Source: Girardia tigrina
Lineage: Eukaryota
Direction: 5' to 3'
Assembly (NCBI GenBank): GCA_001938485.1
Contig: MQRK01237534.1
Location: forward strand, 21,996 to 76,833
DNA: 54,838 nt
Program-made: the position numbers and the translations under genes
Shown: piece after piece, positions 52,180 through 54,838 of the stretch
Position numbering within the stretch: the stretch's first letter is position 1
How the letters are laid out: each line of letters opens with the position of its first letter
The notes under the pieces: generated by a model
The model's database searches: none
The model's input: only the letters and a program-made list of their open reading frames with translations
What the model was told of the DNA's origin: nothing

Positions 52180-53738
52180 CCGCAGCCTCAGAAACATTCA
52201 AAATGATGCCCAAAATCAATACAATGAGTGTTTATCACATTCAGAGACATTTGAGAAACAAACGATTTTTCGGAGTCAGGCAAACGATAAAGGAGGACAG
52301 ATGAGTGGAATGGCCAACAAATATTCGAGAAGCAAAGTTGATTCGGCAAAAATTCATACACAATGATTACAATGTGATATTGAGAATAATGGAAGATGCA
52401 ATAAACATCAGAAAAGAAATAATTCGTCAAATTCTGAAGGAGGATTTTGACAAAACAAAGGTCTGTGCTAAACTTTTTCAAATAAACTTGTCTGACTCCA
52501 TGTCTGGCAATTTTAGCTTACGCGTCTGGCCTCGCCGCGCCACTGACGAGGAGCTACACTCTCTTACAGAGTGAAACTATAGGTTAGATGAATGCTTTGT
52601 TGTTAGGCAGTATCGTCTTTGATTATCTCCTCATTCGAGATGTAAAGGTGTTGACTGAAAGGTTTTGCGCACATTTCGATGTTTCGCTTGGCGGCTCTTG
52701 TTGCGTACGTTTTGATTTCCACGTCATTTCATCCAATGGCATGAAGAAGGGAGTCATTGTCAATGTGCCATCTGTGGAGGCTACCAATGATGAAGGGGAT
52801 AATCATTACTTCTCTCTTATTGTGATGTTATATTAGGTCCATTTGGACATCAAGGTAATGGTCACATGACCTTGTGTATGCGTTAAAGAATTATTCGTCT
52901 GCGTCCCATGGGCTCTTGGCGTCTATGGTCCATGCGTTGTTTCCTTATTCGACATATATTTCCATTACTTTCCATGTTTTGACAGGGAAATCGTGTCTTT
53001 TCTCGGTATGTACCAGGTCGTTGCCGAATTATCTGCGAAGGAATTTAAAAAGGTCGTCTTTGATTTTATGGTAGTTCATGGTACCAAAATCCAGGGAGAA
53101 GTCGCAGCCTTGATGATGTGCATTGGGGTCTGTATATGTTTGCTGAATTTTCGACGTGTTCTTTTTTTCAACAAAACAAAGTTCTGTGCTAAACCTTTTC
53201 CAATACACTAACTGAAGAGCAACATTAATGAGAATGTGGCTTTCAAAGAGATCTTTAAGCAGCAAATAACAGACCAGTCTTCATGAAATCAATTGTCACT
53301 GGTAACGAGGTCCGAAACCAAGATTTTAAGAGCCTAATGAAAGTCATAATTATCACCTCAAGTTAAAAAACATGAAAGATTCCATAAAAATCAATAAAAC
53401 ATTCATTGTTTTCTTCGATAGTAAAGGCATCATCCATCGGGACTACATCCCAAATGGTCAAACTTATATGGTTTCTTAATATTTGCAAGTTTTGCAATGG
53501 TCGATACAAAGAAATAAACGAATCAGCACCATGATATTTCGATGATATTGGGATAATGCAAACAATGTCGATGTGCACCTTAGAATGAGTTTGAGAAGGC
53601 GATTGAATCAATTAATTCACTTTTATAAGTGTATTGAATCATGAAGAAATTAATTTGAATAAAAAACAAGAGATTTGACAAATTAGTTTAATTTTCTATT
53701 TTACATCCTCAGTCCCGGAATGTGACTACCACACTGTG
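52180..53738 (+). mobile_element. Decayed mariner split by a non-LTR insertion
   Basis: IRQILKEDFDKTKVCAKLF before the insert. MKSIVTGNE and IVFFDSKGIIHRDYIPNGQT after it. TIR-like cagtcccggaa...cacactgtg end. Confidence 0.75.
52489..53170 (-). mobile_element. 5'-truncated non-LTR retrotransposon with restriction-like endonuclease (NeSL/Utopia/R2 group): C-terminus and 3'UTR
   Basis: One frame with five stops: AHHQGC...YHKIKDDL...AWTIDAKSPWD..FFNAY.R...HY...VMIIPFIIGSLHRWHIDND..LL.AIG; stop at 52603-05. Flanked by a 39-bp direct duplication. Confidence 0.75.
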
Positions 53739-54629
53739 TGTTGAATATTTTTGCAAATTCCTCTAAAATTTAAAGCTTTAAAATTGTTGAAAAATGTGTG
53801 CTGATTTTAAGAAAATATTTCTTGAAAGTTAATATTTTTAATAAATAAATAAATATCTTTTCTATCTGATTATGCTAATCAATGATATTCCACTTCTCGA
53901 ACCAATACATCTGCCGTATACTTTGTCTTCATAATTAAACTTTATGCTTATTTTCATTTGAAAGTCTTACGATGAAAGAATGAGGGAATTTAAAACTAAA
54001 AGTGAACAGGAAATCAAATGAAACACTTTTAAATAAAGAGTAATTAAGGGAGTTTTGATGTGTTATTTTGTATTCCTCCGATTTTCCAATATCCGCGACA
54101 TTGATCTCATTTTATTTTTATTAAATATATAAATAATTATACATCAAAATAATTTATATCTCGATTTGGTAAAAGAAATATTATTTTATTCCAATTTCTT
54201 AATTGTATTATTTGGATTTTTAGCGGTATATAAAATTATTTGTGTTATTCAAATGCATAATTGTTGTGTCTTTTATACTTGACTTGTTTAGTTAATTTTT
54301 TCTTAAAAAGGATGCTTACTTGTCAGTTACTGAAAATGGGTATTGAAAATCATATCCATATTCGGCAAATTTCGCTCTAAGACTTTCACGATCTCAGAAC
54401 ATTTTATTGAAAGAATTAGGTGGACCATCAAATTTTAATGATCAGGCTTTTTTGGCTGTTGTGACTATTAGGTTCGTGGTTGTGTTCTGATGAAATTACA
54501 GAAAAAGACATTTTTTTAAACTTTTATTTAATAACCACAATAAACATATTATTTTAACAATCTATGCCTAAGTAAATTTCTAAAGAACGATTTTTAATTT
54601 TTCTTGCACAAACCAATAATATCAAAATA

Positions 54630-54838
54630 CAGGGTGCGGCAGCTATTTGAGAACAAAATGACATAAAGTTCAAAAAATGAATATACAACAGAAAAATAAC
54701 ATTTATTACAATTTAAAATTTTATATACAGGGTGGCCGAAAAGTCCCAGGACACTCTATTTTTAATATTTTAATGCTGTTCAATATAATTGATTTCAATT
54801 ATCTAATGTTGTTATTTTTTCAGGTTATGACTGACATC
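54630..54838 (+). mobile_element. Two consecutive Tc1/mariner-type left termini
   Basis: TA|CAGGGTGCGGCAG at ~54630 and TA|CAGGGTGGCCGAAAAGTC at ~54728. Confidence 0.55.

Noticed and set aside
52545-52580. Hammerhead-like CTGACGA...GAAAC on the + strand
   Set aside because: Eight unpaired nt separate the core from the hairpin, no stems I/III or cleavage triplet could be built, and it is antisense to the element.
54824-54838. ttttcAG|GTTATGACTGACATC as the next FHIP1 exon
   Set aside because: It lies about 100 bp inside a Tc1-like left end and is more likely the transposase start region; too short to judge.

Overview
Very AT-rich eukaryotic (metazoan-type) draft-assembly DNA with several N-gaps; it is not prokaryotic, and the organism cannot be fixed from sequence alone (an invertebrate such as a flatworm is only a guess). 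Most ORF-track entries are noise. Two host genes are visible, both on +. One is an internal exon of a Rab5-like small GTPase (29-190, cut by a gap). The other is an FHIP1/FAM160A-family gene (FTS-Hook-interacting protein), which I reconstructed by hand as 10 phase-compatible GT-AG exons from 6439 to 49613 (705 codons); its C-terminal exons lie beyond the window. The intergenic region and large introns are filled with decayed transposons: hAT (transposase relics and MITEs with 8-bp TSDs), DD34D mariner, DD41D rosa/VS elements, MULE, Merlin-like, piggyBac, PIF/Harbinger and pogo-type MITEs, Gypsy pol fragments, a probable solo LTR, and the 3' end of an RLE-type (NeSL/Utopia-like) non-LTR element. 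The most notable observations are the Rab5-like gene next to its known effector-adaptor family gene, an unpaired acceptor just upstream of the FHIP ATG, a duplicated FHIP pseudo-exon, a candidate poison exon, and nested insertions with recoverable TSDs. I found no convincing wholly new system.
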